Program-made: the position numbers and the translations under genes
The notes under the pieces: model-generated
Told to the model about the DNA's origin: nothing
What the model saw: the letters and a program-made list of their open reading frames with translations, nothing else
Databases searched by the model: none
Shown here: in pieces, positions 43,981-54,576 of the stretch
Position numbering within the stretch: position 1 is the stretch's first letter
Layout of the letters: the number at the start of each line of letters is the position of its first letter
Origin: a phage
Sequence record: OZ335962.1
Length of the DNA: 64,000 nucleotides
Strand: one strand, 5' to 3'

Positions 43981-44805
43981 TTAGATATTTGACCAGACTT
44001 TGTTTGCAGAGAAACGTTTTCCTTTTGAAACGAACTGCTGAAGTGGCATTAACACAACGTTCGCCCAGTCTTTCGGGGCGATTTCAACAAGGCTACCCAT
44101 AATATTACCGGGTATATATGCCTTAATCATTTGGTCTGCACCCCTAAATCCTTTCACTTGACTCCAATCAATTTTTAATTTCGTTTTATTAGTAATAGTA
44201 GGCGTATTTGAATATTGCTTTAAAAGCTCTTCTAGAAACTGTTGACGAGCTTTAGGTGGAATATAGTGCAAGTTCAATCCATACATTAAATTGTGTTTAC
44301 CTAAACCGAGGTAAATTATCAAAGGAAATTTATCCCAATAAGGAAGAGTTTCCTTGTGTTTAGCATCATAAGCAAAAGCATATATTCGTCCCGGCTGCGG
44401 GCGAACAACTTTGTGTCCTTTTACTTGCTTGATAGTTTCAGCAAACCACTTTCTGGTTTTATTATTAATTGCTGCGCCTTCATTACGAATTTTATCACGC
44501 AATGTTTGCCTGAATGAATTTATCATAAGCAGTTGTCTTTCTTGCTTATTGAGTTTATTCATTGGTTTTGATTCAAGCTTTTGAATCTTTTCAGCTGTTT
44601 TAATTCCTGAAGCATATTTTGACATTGCTGAAGTAAACGTAGAGTATTTGATTCCTCTTTCTTCGGCAAATTGCTTTCCTGTCATTCCTTTTGCTTTGGC
44701 CTTTTTGTATTCAAGACCTATCTGAATCCATTTCTTTTCGTTTAATGATTGCTTAACCTTTGGAACTTGGGGAGTGCTTTCATTAATTATTTGAAAAATA
44801 GCCAT
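43981..44805 (-). CDS. 2: DNA end-protector protein gp2
   Basis: 274-aa ORF; TAATG overlap with gene 4. Confidence 0.8.
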   Translation of the reverse strand: MAIFQIINESTPQVPKVKQSLNEKKWIQIGLEYKKAKAKGMTGKQFAEERGIKYSTFTSAMSKYASGIKTAEKIQKLESKPMNKLNKQERQLLMINSFRQTLRDKIRNEGAAINNKTRKWFAETIKQVKGHKVVRPQPGRIYAFAYDAKHKETLPYWDKFPLIIYLGLGKHNLMYGLNLHYIPPKARQQFLEELLKQYSNTPTITNKTKLKIDWSQVKGFRGADQMIKAYIPGNIMGSLVEIAPKDWANVVLMPLQQFVSKGKRFSANKVWSNI

Positions 44806-45257
44806 TATGCCCCCTTAAAGCCAAGAGCTCGTAATCCATCTTCTGTTAAAATTCTAAATTTTATTCCACGCTTTTCAGCTAAAGATTGCGCTGCTTTCCA
44901 TTTGTCAGTATTAACGGAATATGTATAAATTTCATTCATAAATCTTTTCTTCGCTGCAGTTGTTAGATGTGCCGGTTTAACTGGTGGTTGTGTTTCTTTT
45001 TTAGGTTTTATTTCAATAAAAAATTCTTGTCCAGAAGAATCTTTCATCCAAATATCCATGAAGTATCTACGTTTTTTCCCTTCTGCATTACAAAAATAAG
45101 GAATTACTGCTGTTTCACTACCCCATGCAATAATTTCTGGATTTTTATCTAACCATTCAAAAAAGAATTTTTCCCAATTTGATCTATACGTAATTTTTTT
45201 AGGGTCACCTCTATATTTTGATATATTTTTAGGAACCCATTTTCCAGAATATGCCAT
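44805..45257 (-). CDS. 4: Head completion protein gp4
   Basis: 150-aa [24 protein letters not shown]...; late promoter TATAAATA 45291-45284 and SD aaggag upstream. Confidence 0.85.
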   Translation of the reverse strand: MAYSGKWVPKNISKYRGDPKKITYRSNWEKFFFEWLDKNPEIIAWGSETAVIPYFCNAEGKKRRYFMDIWMKDSSGQEFFIEIKPKKETQPPVKPAHLTTAAKKRFMNEIYTYSVNTDKWKAAQSLAEKRGIKFRILTEDGLRALGFKGA

Positions 45258-45268
45258 TGGATTCTCCT

Positions 45269-45276
45269 TATAAATA
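45269..45276 (+). promoter_or_regulatory. Late promoter (TATAAATA) for gene 53 and downstream baseplate genes
   Basis: Exact TATAAATA on plus strand 28 nt upstream of gene 53 ATG; divergent from 45284-45291. Confidence 0.6.
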
Positions 45277-45283
45277 GATAATA

Positions 45284-45291
45284 TATTTATA
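45284..45291 (-). promoter_or_regulatory. Late promoter (TATAAATA) for genes 4-2-3
   Basis: Exact TATAAATA on minus strand 27 nt upstream of gene 4 ATG. Confidence 0.6.
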
Positions 45292-45304
45292 AACAGGAGG
45301 GCCC

Positions 45305-45895
45305 ATGCTCTTTACATTTTTTGATCCGATTGAATATGCGGCCAAAACGGTGAATAAAAACGCGCCGACTATTCCTATGACAGATATTTTTAGAAACTAT
45401 AAAGACTATTTCAAACGTGCTCTTGCAGGATACCGCTTACGCACTTATTATATTAAAGGTTCACCACGTCCGGAAGAATTAGCAAATGCTATATATGGAA
45501 ATCCGCAGTTGTATTGGGTTTTATTGATGTGTAATGATAATTATGATCCGTATTATGGATGGATTACTTCGCAAGAAGCTGCTTATCAAGCATCTATACA
45601 AAAATACAAAAACGTAGGTGGAGACCAAATAGTATATCATGTGAATGAGAACGGTGAAAAATTTTATAATTTAATATCATACGATGATAATCCATATGTT
45701 TGGTATGACAAAGGCGATAAAGCTAGAAAATATCCTCAATATGAAGGAGCACTTGCTGCGGTCGATACGTATGAAGCTGCTGTTCTTGAAAATGAAAAAC
45801 TTCGTCAAATAAAAATAATAGCAAAATCAGACATCAATTCATTTATGAACGACCTTATACGTATAATGGAGAAATCTTATGGAAATGATAAGTAA
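45305..45895 (+). CDS. 53: Baseplate wedge protein gp53
   Basis: 196-aa ORF; late promoter TATAAATA 45269-45276 and SD caggaggg upstream. Confidence 0.85.
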   Translation: MLFTFFDPIEYAAKTVNKNAPTIPMTDIFRNYKDYFKRALAGYRLRTYYIKGSPRPEELANAIYGNPQLYWVLLMCNDNYDPYYGWITSQEAAYQASIQKYKNVGGDQIVYHVNENGEKFYNLISYDDNPYVWYDKGDKARKYPQYEGALAAVDTYEAAVLENEKLRQIKIIAKSDINSFMNDLIRIMEKSYGNDK

Positions 45896-47606
45896 TAACC
45901 TTAATTGGTTTGTTGGTGTTGTTGAAGATAGAATGGACCCATTAAAATTAGGTCGTGTTCGTGTTCGTGTAGTTGGTCTGCATCCACCTCAAAGAGCACA
46001 AGGCGACGTAATGGGTATTCCAACTGATAAATTACCATGGATGTCAGTTATTCAACCTATAACTTCTGCAGCAATGTCTGGAATTGGAGGCTCCGTTACT
46101 GGTCCGGTAGAAGGAACTAGAGTCTATGGTCATTTTTTAGACAAATGGAAAACTAACGGAATTGTCCTTGGCACGTATGGTGGAATAGTTCGCGAAAAAC
46201 CTAATAGACTTGAAGGATTTTCTGATCCGACTGGACAGTATCCTAGACGTCTAGGAAATGATACTAACGTATTAAACCAAGGCGGAGAAGTAGGATATGA
46301 TTCGTCTTCTAATATTATCCAAGATAGCAATCTAGACACTGCGATAAATCCTGATGATAGACCGCTATCAGAAATTCCAACTGATGATAATCCAAATATG
46401 TCAATGGCTGAAATGCTTCGCCGCGATGAAGGATTAAGACTAAAAGTTTATTGGGATACTGAAGGATATCCGACAATTGGTATTGGTCATCTTATCATGA
46501 AGCAGCCAGTGCGTGATATGACCCAAATTAATAAAGTTTTATCAAAACAAGTTGGTCGTGAAATTACCGGAAATCCAGGTTCTATTACAATGGAAGAATC
46601 GGTAACTTTATTTGAACGCGATTTGGCTGATATGCAACGTGACATTAAATCACATTCTAAAGTTGGCCCAGTTTGGCAAGCAGTTAATCGTTCTCGTCAA
46701 ATGGCATTAGAAAATATGGCATTTCAGATGGGCGTTGGCGGTGTAGCTAAATTTAACACAATGTTAACTGCTATGTTAGCCGGAGATTGGGAAAAGGCAT
46801 ATAAAGCTGGTCGTGATTCATTGTGGTATCAACAAACAAAAGGCCGTGCATCTCGTGTTACCATGATTATTCTTACAGGTAATTTGGAATCATACGGTAT
46901 TGAAGTGAAAACACCGTCTAGGTCTTTGTCAGCAATGGCTGCTACTGTAGCAAAGTCTTCTGATCCAGCTGACCCTCCTATTCCGAATGATTCGAGAATT
47001 TTATTTAAAGAACCTGTTTCTTCATATAAAGGTGAATATCCGTATGTTCATACAATGGAAACTGAAAGCGGTCATATTCAGGAATTTGATGATACCCCTG
47101 GGCAAGAACGATACAGATTAGTTCATCCGACTGGAACATATGAGGAAGTATCACCCTCAGGAAGAAGAACAAGAAAAACTGTTGATAATTTGTATGATAT
47201 AACAAATGCTGATGGTAATTTTTTGGTAGCCGGTGATAAAAAGACTAACGTCGGTGGGTCAGAAATTTATTACAACATGGATAATCGTCTCCACCAAATA
47301 GATGGAAGCAATACAATATTTGTACGTGGCGATGAAACTAAGACGGTTGAAGGTAATGGAACTATCCTAGTCAAAGGTAATGTTACTATTGTAGTTGAAG
47401 GTAATGCTGACATTACAGTTAAAGGAGATGCTACCACTTTAGTTGAAGGAAATCAGACTAATACAGTAAATGGAAATCTTTCTTGGAAAGTTGCTGGTAC
47501 AGTTGATTGGGACGTTGGTGGTGATTGGACAGAAAAAATGGCATCTATGAGTTCTATTTCATCTGGTCAATACACAATTGATGGATCGAGGATTGACATT
47601 GGCTAA
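45879..47606 (+). CDS. 5: Baseplate hub/central spike with lysozyme domain gp5
   Basis: 575 aa; OB-fold N-terminus, lysozyme domain AEMLRRDEGLRLKVYWDTEGYPTIGIGHL (paralog of e), C-terminal VxGxxxxx beta-helix repeats. Confidence 0.95.
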   Translation: MEMISNNLNWFVGVVEDRMDPLKLGRVRVRVVGLHPPQRAQGDVMGIPTDKLPWMSVIQPITSAAMSGIGGSVTGPVEGTRVYGHFLDKWKTNGIVLGTYGGIVREKPNRLEGFSDPTGQYPRRLGNDTNVLNQGGEVGYDSSSNIIQDSNLDTAINPDDRPLSEIPTDDNPNMSMAEMLRRDEGLRLKVYWDTEGYPTIGIGHLIMKQPVRDMTQINKVLSKQVGREITGNPGSITMEESVTLFERDLADMQRDIKSHSKVGPVWQAVNRSRQMALENMAFQMGVGGVAKFNTMLTAMLAGDWEKAYKAGRDSLWYQQTKGRASRVTMIILTGNLESYGIEVKTPSRSLSAMAATVAKSSDPADPPIPNDSRILFKEPVSSYKGEYPYVHTMETESGHIQEFDDTPGQERYRLVHPTGTYEEVSPSGRRTRKTVDNLYDITNADGNFLVAGDKKTNVGGSEIYYNMDNRLHQIDGSNTIFVRGDETKTVEGNGTILVKGNVTIVVEGNADITVKGDATTLVEGNQTNTVNGNLSWKVAGTVDWDVGGDWTEKMASMSSISSGQYTIDGSRIDIG

Positions 47607-48135
47607 TATACTTCCAATGAGCGCTGATTTAGGAGAATCCATGGAAGGTTCTTCTATCGACGTCACCTTTACTGCTCAATTAGAAACAGGTGAAACGTTA
47701 GTATCTATAAATATAACTAGTTACGAAGAAACTCCTGGGGTTTTAGTAGAAGAAAATCGTTTATATGGAACGTATGAATCCGTGTTTGGATTCGGAAATG
47801 ATGCGTTGAAATATCGTTTAGATAATGAATTTAAAACCGCTGCTTCATGGGAAGACCTTCCAACTGATTCTAATACTCAGTTATATTTATGGAAAGCTCC
47901 TCAGAACCTCCAGAAGACATTCACTTACGAAGTAACATTAATATATGACTACCAAGAACAAAGTGAATCTGGAGGTTCTGGCAGTAATTCTAGGTCATCT
48001 TCTGATACTACTGAACCAACGGATCCTCCTGCTCCAATAAGAAAAACTCTTGTTAAAAATTACACAAAAACTATAGTTGGAAATTGGAGTCGTTGGGCTA
48101 ATAAATTGAGAAGCTACGTATATGAGAGGCAATAA
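47581..48135 (+). CDS. 5.1: Baseplate-associated protein gp5.1
   Basis: ORF overlapping gp5 end; start uncertain (ATG 47581 or 47617; ORF-track start 47578 is TTG). Confidence 0.5.
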   Translation: MDRGLTLANILPMSADLGESMEGSSIDVTFTAQLETGETLVSINITSYEETPGVLVEENRLYGTYESVFGFGNDALKYRLDNEFKTAASWEDLPTDSNTQLYLWKAPQNLQKTFTYEVTLIYDYQEQSESGGSGSNSRSSSDTTEPTDPPAPIRKTLVKNYTKTIVGNWSRWANKLRSYVYERQ

Positions 48136-48429
48136 ATGTCAGGATTAAGTTATGATAAGTGTGTTACTGCTGGCCATGAAGCATGGCCTCCAACAGTTGT
48201 GAATGCTACACAAAGTAAAGTATTCACTGGAGGAATTGCTGTTCTCGTAGCAGGTGATCCAATTACGGAACATACAGAAATTAAAAAGCCATATGAAACA
48301 CATGGCGGAGTGGCACAACCTAGAACTTCTAAGGTATATGTCACTGGAAAGAAAGCTGTTCAAATGGCTGATCCAATATCATGCGGTGATACTGTGGCTC
48401 AGGCATCATCTAAAGTATTCATTAAATAG
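48136..48429 (+). CDS. 5.4: PAAR-repeat spike-tip protein gp5.4
   Basis: 97 aa, Gly/Val-rich PAAR-like; same size as recalled T4 gp5.4. Confidence 0.75.
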   Translation: MSGLSYDKCVTAGHEAWPPTVVNATQSKVFTGGIAVLVAGDPITEHTEIKKPYETHGGVAQPRTSKVYVTGKKAVQMADPISCGDTVAQASSKVFIK

Positions 48430-48437
48430 GATTTAAA

Positions 48438-50420
48438 ATGGCAAATACCCCTGTAAATTATCAATTAACAAGAACAGCAAATGCTATTCCCGAGATATTC
48501 GTCGGGGGTACATTTGCTGAAATAAAACAAAACCTCATTGAATGGCTTAATGGCCAAAATGAATTTTTGGATTATGATTTTGAAGGCTCAAGATTAAACG
48601 TTCTGTGTGACCTTTTGGCTTATAATACATTGTACATTCAGCAGTTTGGTAATGCTGCCTTGTATGAAAGCTTTATGCGTACTGCTAATTTGCGTAGTTC
48701 AGTAGTTCAAGCTGCACAAGATAATGGATATTTACCTACTTCAAAATCAGCTGCTCAAACTGAAATTATGCTAACTTGCACAGACGCATTGAATAGAAAT
48801 TACATTACTATTCCTCGCGGTACTCGCTTTTTAGCATATGCAAAAGATACTTCCGTTAATCCTTATAACTTTGTATCTACTGAAGATGTTATTGCTATTC
48901 GCGATAAAAATAACCAATATTTTCCGCGTTTAAAATTAGCCCAGGGGCGTATAGTAAGAACTGAAATCATTTATGATAAATTAACACCTATTATCATTTA
49001 TGACAAAAATATAGATAGAAACCAAGTTAAGCTGTATGTTGATGGAGCAGAATGGATTAACTGGACAAGAAAGTCAATGGTTCATGCTGGTTCTACATCA
49101 ACAATTTACTACATGCGTGAAACTATTGATGGAAATACTGAGTTTTATTTTGGCGAAGGCGAGATTTCTGTTAATGCGGCAGAAGGAGCATTGACTGCTA
49201 ATTATATTGGAGGTCTTAAACCTACCCAGAACTCTACGATTGTTATTGAGTACATCAGTACTAACGGTGCAGATGCGAATGGCGCAGTCGGATTTTCATA
49301 TGCAGATACATTAACAAATATAACTGTCATCAACATTAATGAAAATCCAAACGACGACCCAGATTTTGTTGGAGCAGACGGCGGCGGTGACCCAGAAGAT
49401 ATTGAGCGTATTCGCGAATTGGGTACTATTAAACGCGAAACCCAACAACGCTGCGTAACTGCGACTGATTATGATACATTCGTTTCAGAGAGATTTGGTT
49501 CTATTATTCAAGCAGTTCAGACGTTCACTGATTCTACAAAACCCGGTTATGCATTTATTGCTGCTAAACCTAAATCAGGTCTGTATTTAACTACTGTACA
49601 GCGTGAAGATATTAAAAATTATCTCAAAGACTATAATTTAGCTCCTATTACACCATCAATTATTTCTCCTAATTACCTTTTTATTAAGACTAATTTAAAA
49701 GTCACATATGCTTTAAATAAGCTGCAAGAATCTGAACAGTGGCTTGAAGGTCAAATAATTGATAAAATTGATCGTTATTATACCGAAGACGTAGAAATTT
49801 TTAACTCATCTTTCGCTAAATCTAAGATGTTGACATATGTAGATGATGCAGATCATTCTATCATTGGCTCATCAGCGACAATTCAAATTGTTCGTGAAGT
49901 ACAAAACTTCTATAAAACGCCTGAAGCAGGTATTAAATACAATAATCAAATAAAAGACCGTTCTATGGAATCTAATACGTTTTCATTTAATTCTGGACGA
50001 AAGGTTGTAAATCCTGATACTGGTTTAGAAGAAGATGTATTATATGACGTTCGCATAGTATCAACAGACCGAAATTCTAAAGGAATTGGTAAAGTTATTA
50101 TTGGTCCATTTGCTTCTGGCGATGTTACAGAAAATAAAAACATTCGTCCATATACAGGCAACGATTTTAATAAATTAGCAAATTCTAGTGGACGCGACAA
50201 ATACTATGTTATCGGTGAAATAAATTATCCAGCTGATGTGATTTATTGGAATATCGCTAAAATTAATTTAACATCTGAAAAATTTGAAGTTCAGACTATT
50301 GAATTATATTCTGACCCAACCGATGATGTTATCTTTACTCGCGATGGTTCACTGATTGTATTTGAAAATGACTTACGTCCACAATACTTAACTATCGATT
50401 TGGAGCCTATATCACAATGA
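48438..50420 (+). CDS. 6: Baseplate wedge protein gp6
   Basis: 660-aa ORF, size and order as T4. Confidence 0.85.
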   Translation: MANTPVNYQLTRTANAIPEIFVGGTFAEIKQNLIEWLNGQNEFLDYDFEGSRLNVLCDLLAYNTLYIQQFGNAALYESFMRTANLRSSVVQAAQDNGYLPTSKSAAQTEIMLTCTDALNRNYITIPRGTRFLAYAKDTSVNPYNFVSTEDVIAIRDKNNQYFPRLKLAQGRIVRTEIIYDKLTPIIIYDKNIDRNQVKLYVDGAEWINWTRKSMVHAGSTSTIYYMRETIDGNTEFYFGEGEISVNAAEGALTANYIGGLKPTQNSTIVIEYISTNGADANGAVGFSYADTLTNITVININENPNDDPDFVGADGGGDPEDIERIRELGTIKRETQQRCVTATDYDTFVSERFGSIIQAVQTFTDSTKPGYAFIAAKPKSGLYLTTVQREDIKNYLKDYNLAPITPSIISPNYLFIKTNLKVTYALNKLQESEQWLEGQIIDKIDRYYTEDVEIFNSSFAKSKMLTYVDDADHSIIGSSATIQIVREVQNFYKTPEAGIKYNNQIKDRSMESNTFSFNSGRKVVNPDTGLEEDVLYDVRIVSTDRNSKGIGKVIIGPFASGDVTENKNIRPYTGNDFNKLANSSGRDKYYVIGEINYPADVIYWNIAKINLTSEKFEVQTIELYSDPTDDVIFTRDGSLIVFENDLRPQYLTIDLEPISQ

Positions 50421-53400
50421 CAGTAAAAGCACCTTCAGTCACTAGTCTCAGAATTTCCAAGTTATCCGCAAATCAGGTGCAAGTACGCTGGGATGACGTT
50501 GGTGCTAATTTCTACTATTTTGTAGAAATCGCTGAGACAAAAACAAACTCGGGGGGAAATCTCCCGAGTAATCAATACCAATGGATTAACTTAGGATATA
50601 CTGCAAATAACAGCTTCTTTTTTGATAATGCTAATCCATTGACATCGTACATTATTAGAGTAGCTACAGCTGCGCAGGATTTTGAGCAATCTGATTGGAT
50701 TTATACCGAAGAGTTTGAAACTTTTGCTACAAACGCTTATACATTTCAAAACATGATTGAAATGCAATTAGCTAATAAATTCATTCAGGAAAAATTTACT
50801 CTTAATAATTCTGACTATGTTAATTTTAATAATGACACTATAATGGCTGCATTGATGAATGAATCATTCCAATTCAGCCCATCATATGCTGATGTTTCAT
50901 CAATAAGTAATTTTATTATTGGTGAAAATGAGTATCATGAAATACAAGGTTCTATTCAGCAAGTATGTAAGGATATTAACCGAGTTTATTTGATGGAATC
51001 AGAAGGGATTCTATATCTTTTTGAGCGCTATCAGCCTGTAGTTAAAGTATCCAATGATAAAGGACAAACCTGGAAAGCTGTAAAGCTCTTCAATGACCGT
51101 GTAGGATATCCTTTATCTAAGACTGTATATTACCAATCTGCGAGCACAACATATGTTCTAGGATACGACAAGATTTTCTATGGCCGCAAATCTACTGATG
51201 TTAGATGGTCAGCTGATGATGTCAGATTTAGTTCGCAGGACATAACATTCGCTAAACTTGGTGATCAACTTCATTTGGGATTTGATGTTGAAATCTTTGG
51301 TACTTATGCTACATTACCTGCAAATGTGTATCGTATAGCTGAAGCTATTACTTGCACCGATGATTACATTTACGTTGTCGCCAGAGACAAAGTTAGATAT
51401 ATAAAAACGAGCAATGCACCTATAGATTCTGATCCATTATCTCCAACATATTCAGAAAGGCTATTTGAACCTGATACAATGACTATAACTGGAAATCCTA
51501 AAGCAGTATGCTATAAAATGGATTCTATTGGTGATAAAGTTTTTGCTCTTATTATCGGTGAAGTTGAAACATTAAATGCTAATCCTAGAACGTCAAAAAT
51601 AATTGATTCTGCTGATAAAGGAATATATGTTTTAAATCATGACACAAAAACGTGGAAAAGAGTTTTTGGCAACACTGAAGAAGAAAGAAGACGTATTCAA
51701 CCTGGGTATGCGAATATGTCAACTGATGGTAAATTAGTTTCTCTATCTTCGAGTAATTTTAAATTTTTAAGTGATAATATTGTTAATGACCCTGAAACTA
51801 TAGCAAAATATCAGTTAATCGGTGCCGTTAAATATGAATTTCCTCGTGAATGGTTAGCTGATAAGCATTATCATATGATGGCATTTATAGCAGATGAAAA
51901 GTCTGATTGGGAAACCTTTGCTCCACAACCAATGAAATATTATGCTGAACCTTTCTTTAACTGGTCTAAAAAGTCTAATACACGGTGCTGGATAAACAAC
52001 TCTAATAGGGCTGTGGTAGTTTATGCAGATTTAAAATATACTAAAGTTATTGAAAATTTTCCAGAAACATCGCCAGATAGATTAGTTCATGAATACTGGG
52101 ATGACGGCGATTGCACTATAGTAATGCCAAACGTTAAATTCACGGGATTTAAAAAATATGCGTCTGGGATGCTTTTTTATAAATCCTCTGGTGAAATAAT
52201 TTCTTATTATGATTTTAACTATCGAGTGAGAGACACGGTTGAAATAATTTGGAAGCCAACTGGAATATTTTTAAAAGCATTTTTACAAAACCAAGAGCAT
52301 GAAACTCCTTGGTCACCAGAAGAAGAGCATGGATTAGCTGACCCTGATTTAAGACCATTGATTGGCACAATGATGCCTGATTCTTATTTACTGCAAGATT
52401 CGAATTTTGAGGCATTTTGCGAAGCATATATTCAGTATCTTTCTGATGGATATGGAACTCAGTATAACAATTTACGAAATTTAATTCGTAACAAATATCC
52501 ACGAGAAGAGCATGCATGGGAATATTTGTGGTCAGAGATATATAAAAGAAACATTTATTTAAATGCTGACAAACGTGATGCTGTTACAAGATTTTTCGAA
52601 TCACGTAGCTATGATTTTTATTCTACTAAAGGAATTGAAGCATCATACAAATTTCTTTTTAAAGTTCTTTATAATGAAGAGGTTGAAATTGAAATCGAAT
52701 CTGGGGCTGGTACTGAATATGATATAATCGTTCAATCTGATTCTTTGACTGAAGACTTAGTAGGACAAACGATTTATACGGCTACGGGAAGATGTAATGT
52801 TACTTATATAGAAAGAAGCTATTCTAATGGTAAATTGCAATGGACCGTAACTATTCATAATCTTTTGGGAAGATTAATTGCTGGTCAAGAAGTTAAAGCA
52901 GAAAGACTTCCGAGTTTTGAAGGCGAAATTATTCGTGGGGTTAAAGGAAAGGATTTGCTTCAAAATAATATAGACTATATTAATAGAAGCCGATCATATT
53001 ATGTAATGAAAATTAAATCCAATTTACCTTCTTCCCGCTGGAAATCTGACGTTATTCGTTTTGTTCATCCAGTAGGATTTGGATTTATAGCAATTACCCT
53101 TTTAACGATGTTTATTAATGTTGGTTTAACTCTTAAACATACAGAGACTATAATTAATAAATATAAAAACTACAAATGGGATTCTGGATTGCCTACTGAA
53201 TATGCTGATAGAGTAGCTAAATTGACTCCAGCTGGTGAAATTGAACATGATTCAGTAACAGGCGAAGCAATTTATGAACCTGGCCCAATGGCTGGTGTAA
53301 AATATCCTCTTCCTGATGACTATAATGCTGAAAATAATAATTCAATATTTCAAGGTCAATTGCCTTCTGAACGACGCAAATTAATGAGTCCTCTATTTGA

Positions 53401-53515
53401 CGCATCTGGAACAACATTTGCACAGTTTAGGGATTTAGTTAATAAACGTCTAAAAGATAATATAGGAAATCCAAGAGACCCTGAAAATCCAACACAGGTT
53501 AAAATAGATGAATGA
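50417..53515 (+). CDS. 7: Baseplate wedge protein gp7
   Basis: 1032-aa ORF, ATGA overlap with gp6. Confidence 0.85.
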   Translation: MTVKAPSVTSLRISKLSANQVQVRWDDVGANFYYFVEIAETKTNSGGNLPSNQYQWINLGYTANNSFFFDNANPLTSYIIRVATAAQDFEQSDWIYTEEFETFATNAYTFQNMIEMQLANKFIQEKFTLNNSDYVNFNNDTIMAALMNESFQFSPSYADVSSISNFIIGENEYHEIQGSIQQVCKDINRVYLMESEGILYLFERYQPVVKVSNDKGQTWKAVKLFNDRVGYPLSKTVYYQSASTTYVLGYDKIFYGRKSTDVRWSADDVRFSSQDITFAKLGDQLHLGFDVEIFGTYATLPANVYRIAEAITCTDDYIYVVARDKVRYIKTSNAPIDSDPLSPTYSERLFEPDTMTITGNPKAVCYKMDSIGDKVFALIIGEVETLNANPRTSKIIDSADKGIYVLNHDTKTWKRVFGNTEEERRRIQPGYANMSTDGKLVSLSSSNFKFLSDNIVNDPETIAKYQLIGAVKYEFPREWLADKHYHMMAFIADEKSDWETFAPQPMKYYAEPFFNWSKKSNTRCWINNSNRAVVVYADLKYTKVIENFPETSPDRLVHEYWDDGDCTIVMPNVKFTGFKKYASGMLFYKSSGEIISYYDFNYRVRDTVEIIWKPTGIFLKAFLQNQEHETPWSPEEEHGLADPDLRPLIGTMMPDSYLLQDSNFEAFCEAYIQYLSDGYGTQYNNLRNLIRNKYPREEHAWEYLWSEIYKRNIYLNADKRDAVTRFFESRSYDFYSTKGIEASYKFLFKVLYNEEVEIEIESGAGTEYDIIVQSDSLTEDLVGQTIYTATGRCNVTYIERSYSNGKLQWTVTIHNLLGRLIAGQEVKAERLPSFEGEIIRGVKGKDLLQNNIDYINRSRSYYVMKIKSNLPSSRWKSDVIRFVHPVGFGFIAITLLTMFINVGLTLKHTETIINKYKNYKWDSGLPTEYADRVAKLTPAGEIEHDSVTGEAIYEPGPMAGVKYPLPDDYNAENNNSIFQGQLPSERRKLMSPLFDASGTTFAQFRDLVNKRLKDNIGNPRDPENPTQVKIDE

Positions 53516-54512
53516 TTCAAGTGTTATCTATCGTGCGATAGTTACTTCAAAATTTAGAACAGAAAAAATGTTGAATTTTTATAATTCAATTGGGAGTGGT
53601 CCGGATAAAAACACTATCTTTATCACATTTGGAAGATCAGAACCGTGGTCATCAAATGAAAATGAGGTGGGCTTTGCTCCACCTTATCCAACTGATTCTG
53701 TATTGGGTGTAACTGACATGTGGACTCATATGATGGGAACCGTAAAGGTTCTTCCATCTATGCTTGATGCGGTTATTCCTCGTAGAGATTGGGGAGATAC
53801 TAGATATCCGGATCCATACACATTTAGAATTAACGATATTGTAGTGTGTAACTCAGCTCCTTACAATGCTACTGAATCAGGCGCAGGCTGGCTAGTATAT
53901 CGTTGTTTAGATGTTCCTGACACAGGAACATGCTCAATAGCATCTTTGACTGACAAGGATGAATGTATTAAGTTAGGTGGAAAATGGACTCCTTCTGTTA
54001 GGTCAATGACTCCTCCTGAAGGTCGAGGAGACGCGGAAGGAACAATCGAACCTGGAGACGGATATGTTTGGGAATATCTTTTTGAGATTCCGCCTGATGT
54101 ATCTATAAATAGATGCACAAATGAATATATCGTAGTTCCTTGGCCTGAGGAATTAAAAGAAGACCCAACTAGATGGGGGTATGAAGATAATCTCACTTGG
54201 AAACAAGATGATTTTGGATTAATTTATCGCGTTAAGGCAAACACTATACGTTTTAAAGCATATTTAGATTCAGTTTACTTTCCTGATGCTGCATTACCGG
54301 GAAATAAAGGATTTAGACAAATATCAATAATCACCAATCCTCTTGAAGCTAAAGTTCATCCAAATGACCCAAACGTTAAAGCTGAAAAGGATTATTATGA
54401 TCCGGAAGATTTAATGAGGCATTCGGGCGAAATGATTTATATGGAAAATAGGCCACCTATTATCATGGCAATGGATCAAACAGAAGAAATCAATATTCTG
54501 TTTACATTTTAA
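53508..54512 (+). CDS. 8: Baseplate wedge protein gp8
   Basis: 334-aa ORF; strong terminator after stop. Confidence 0.85.
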   Translation: MNDSSVIYRAIVTSKFRTEKMLNFYNSIGSGPDKNTIFITFGRSEPWSSNENEVGFAPPYPTDSVLGVTDMWTHMMGTVKVLPSMLDAVIPRRDWGDTRYPDPYTFRINDIVVCNSAPYNATESGAGWLVYRCLDVPDTGTCSIASLTDKDECIKLGGKWTPSVRSMTPPEGRGDAEGTIEPGDGYVWEYLFEIPPDVSINRCTNEYIVVPWPEELKEDPTRWGYEDNLTWKQDDFGLIYRVKANTIRFKAYLDSVYFPDAALPGNKGFRQISIITNPLEAKVHPNDPNVKAEKDYYDPEDLMRHSGEMIYMENRPPIIMAMDQTEEINILFTF

Positions 54513-54517
54513 ATTAA

Positions 54518-54541
54518 GGGAGCCCATAGGCTCCCTTTTTT
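54518..54541 (+). terminator. Intrinsic terminator after gene 8
   Basis: GGGAGCC-CATA-GGCTCCC followed by TTTTTTCTTT. Confidence 0.7.
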
Positions 54542-54544
54542 CTT

Positions 54545-54552
54545 TATAAATA
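54545..54552 (+). promoter_or_regulatory. Late promoter (TATAAATA) for gene 9
   Basis: Exact TATAAATA directly after the gene 8 terminator, 25 nt upstream of gene 9 ATG. Confidence 0.6.
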
Positions 54553-54576
54553 CTATAAACTCATAAGGAAACCGCT

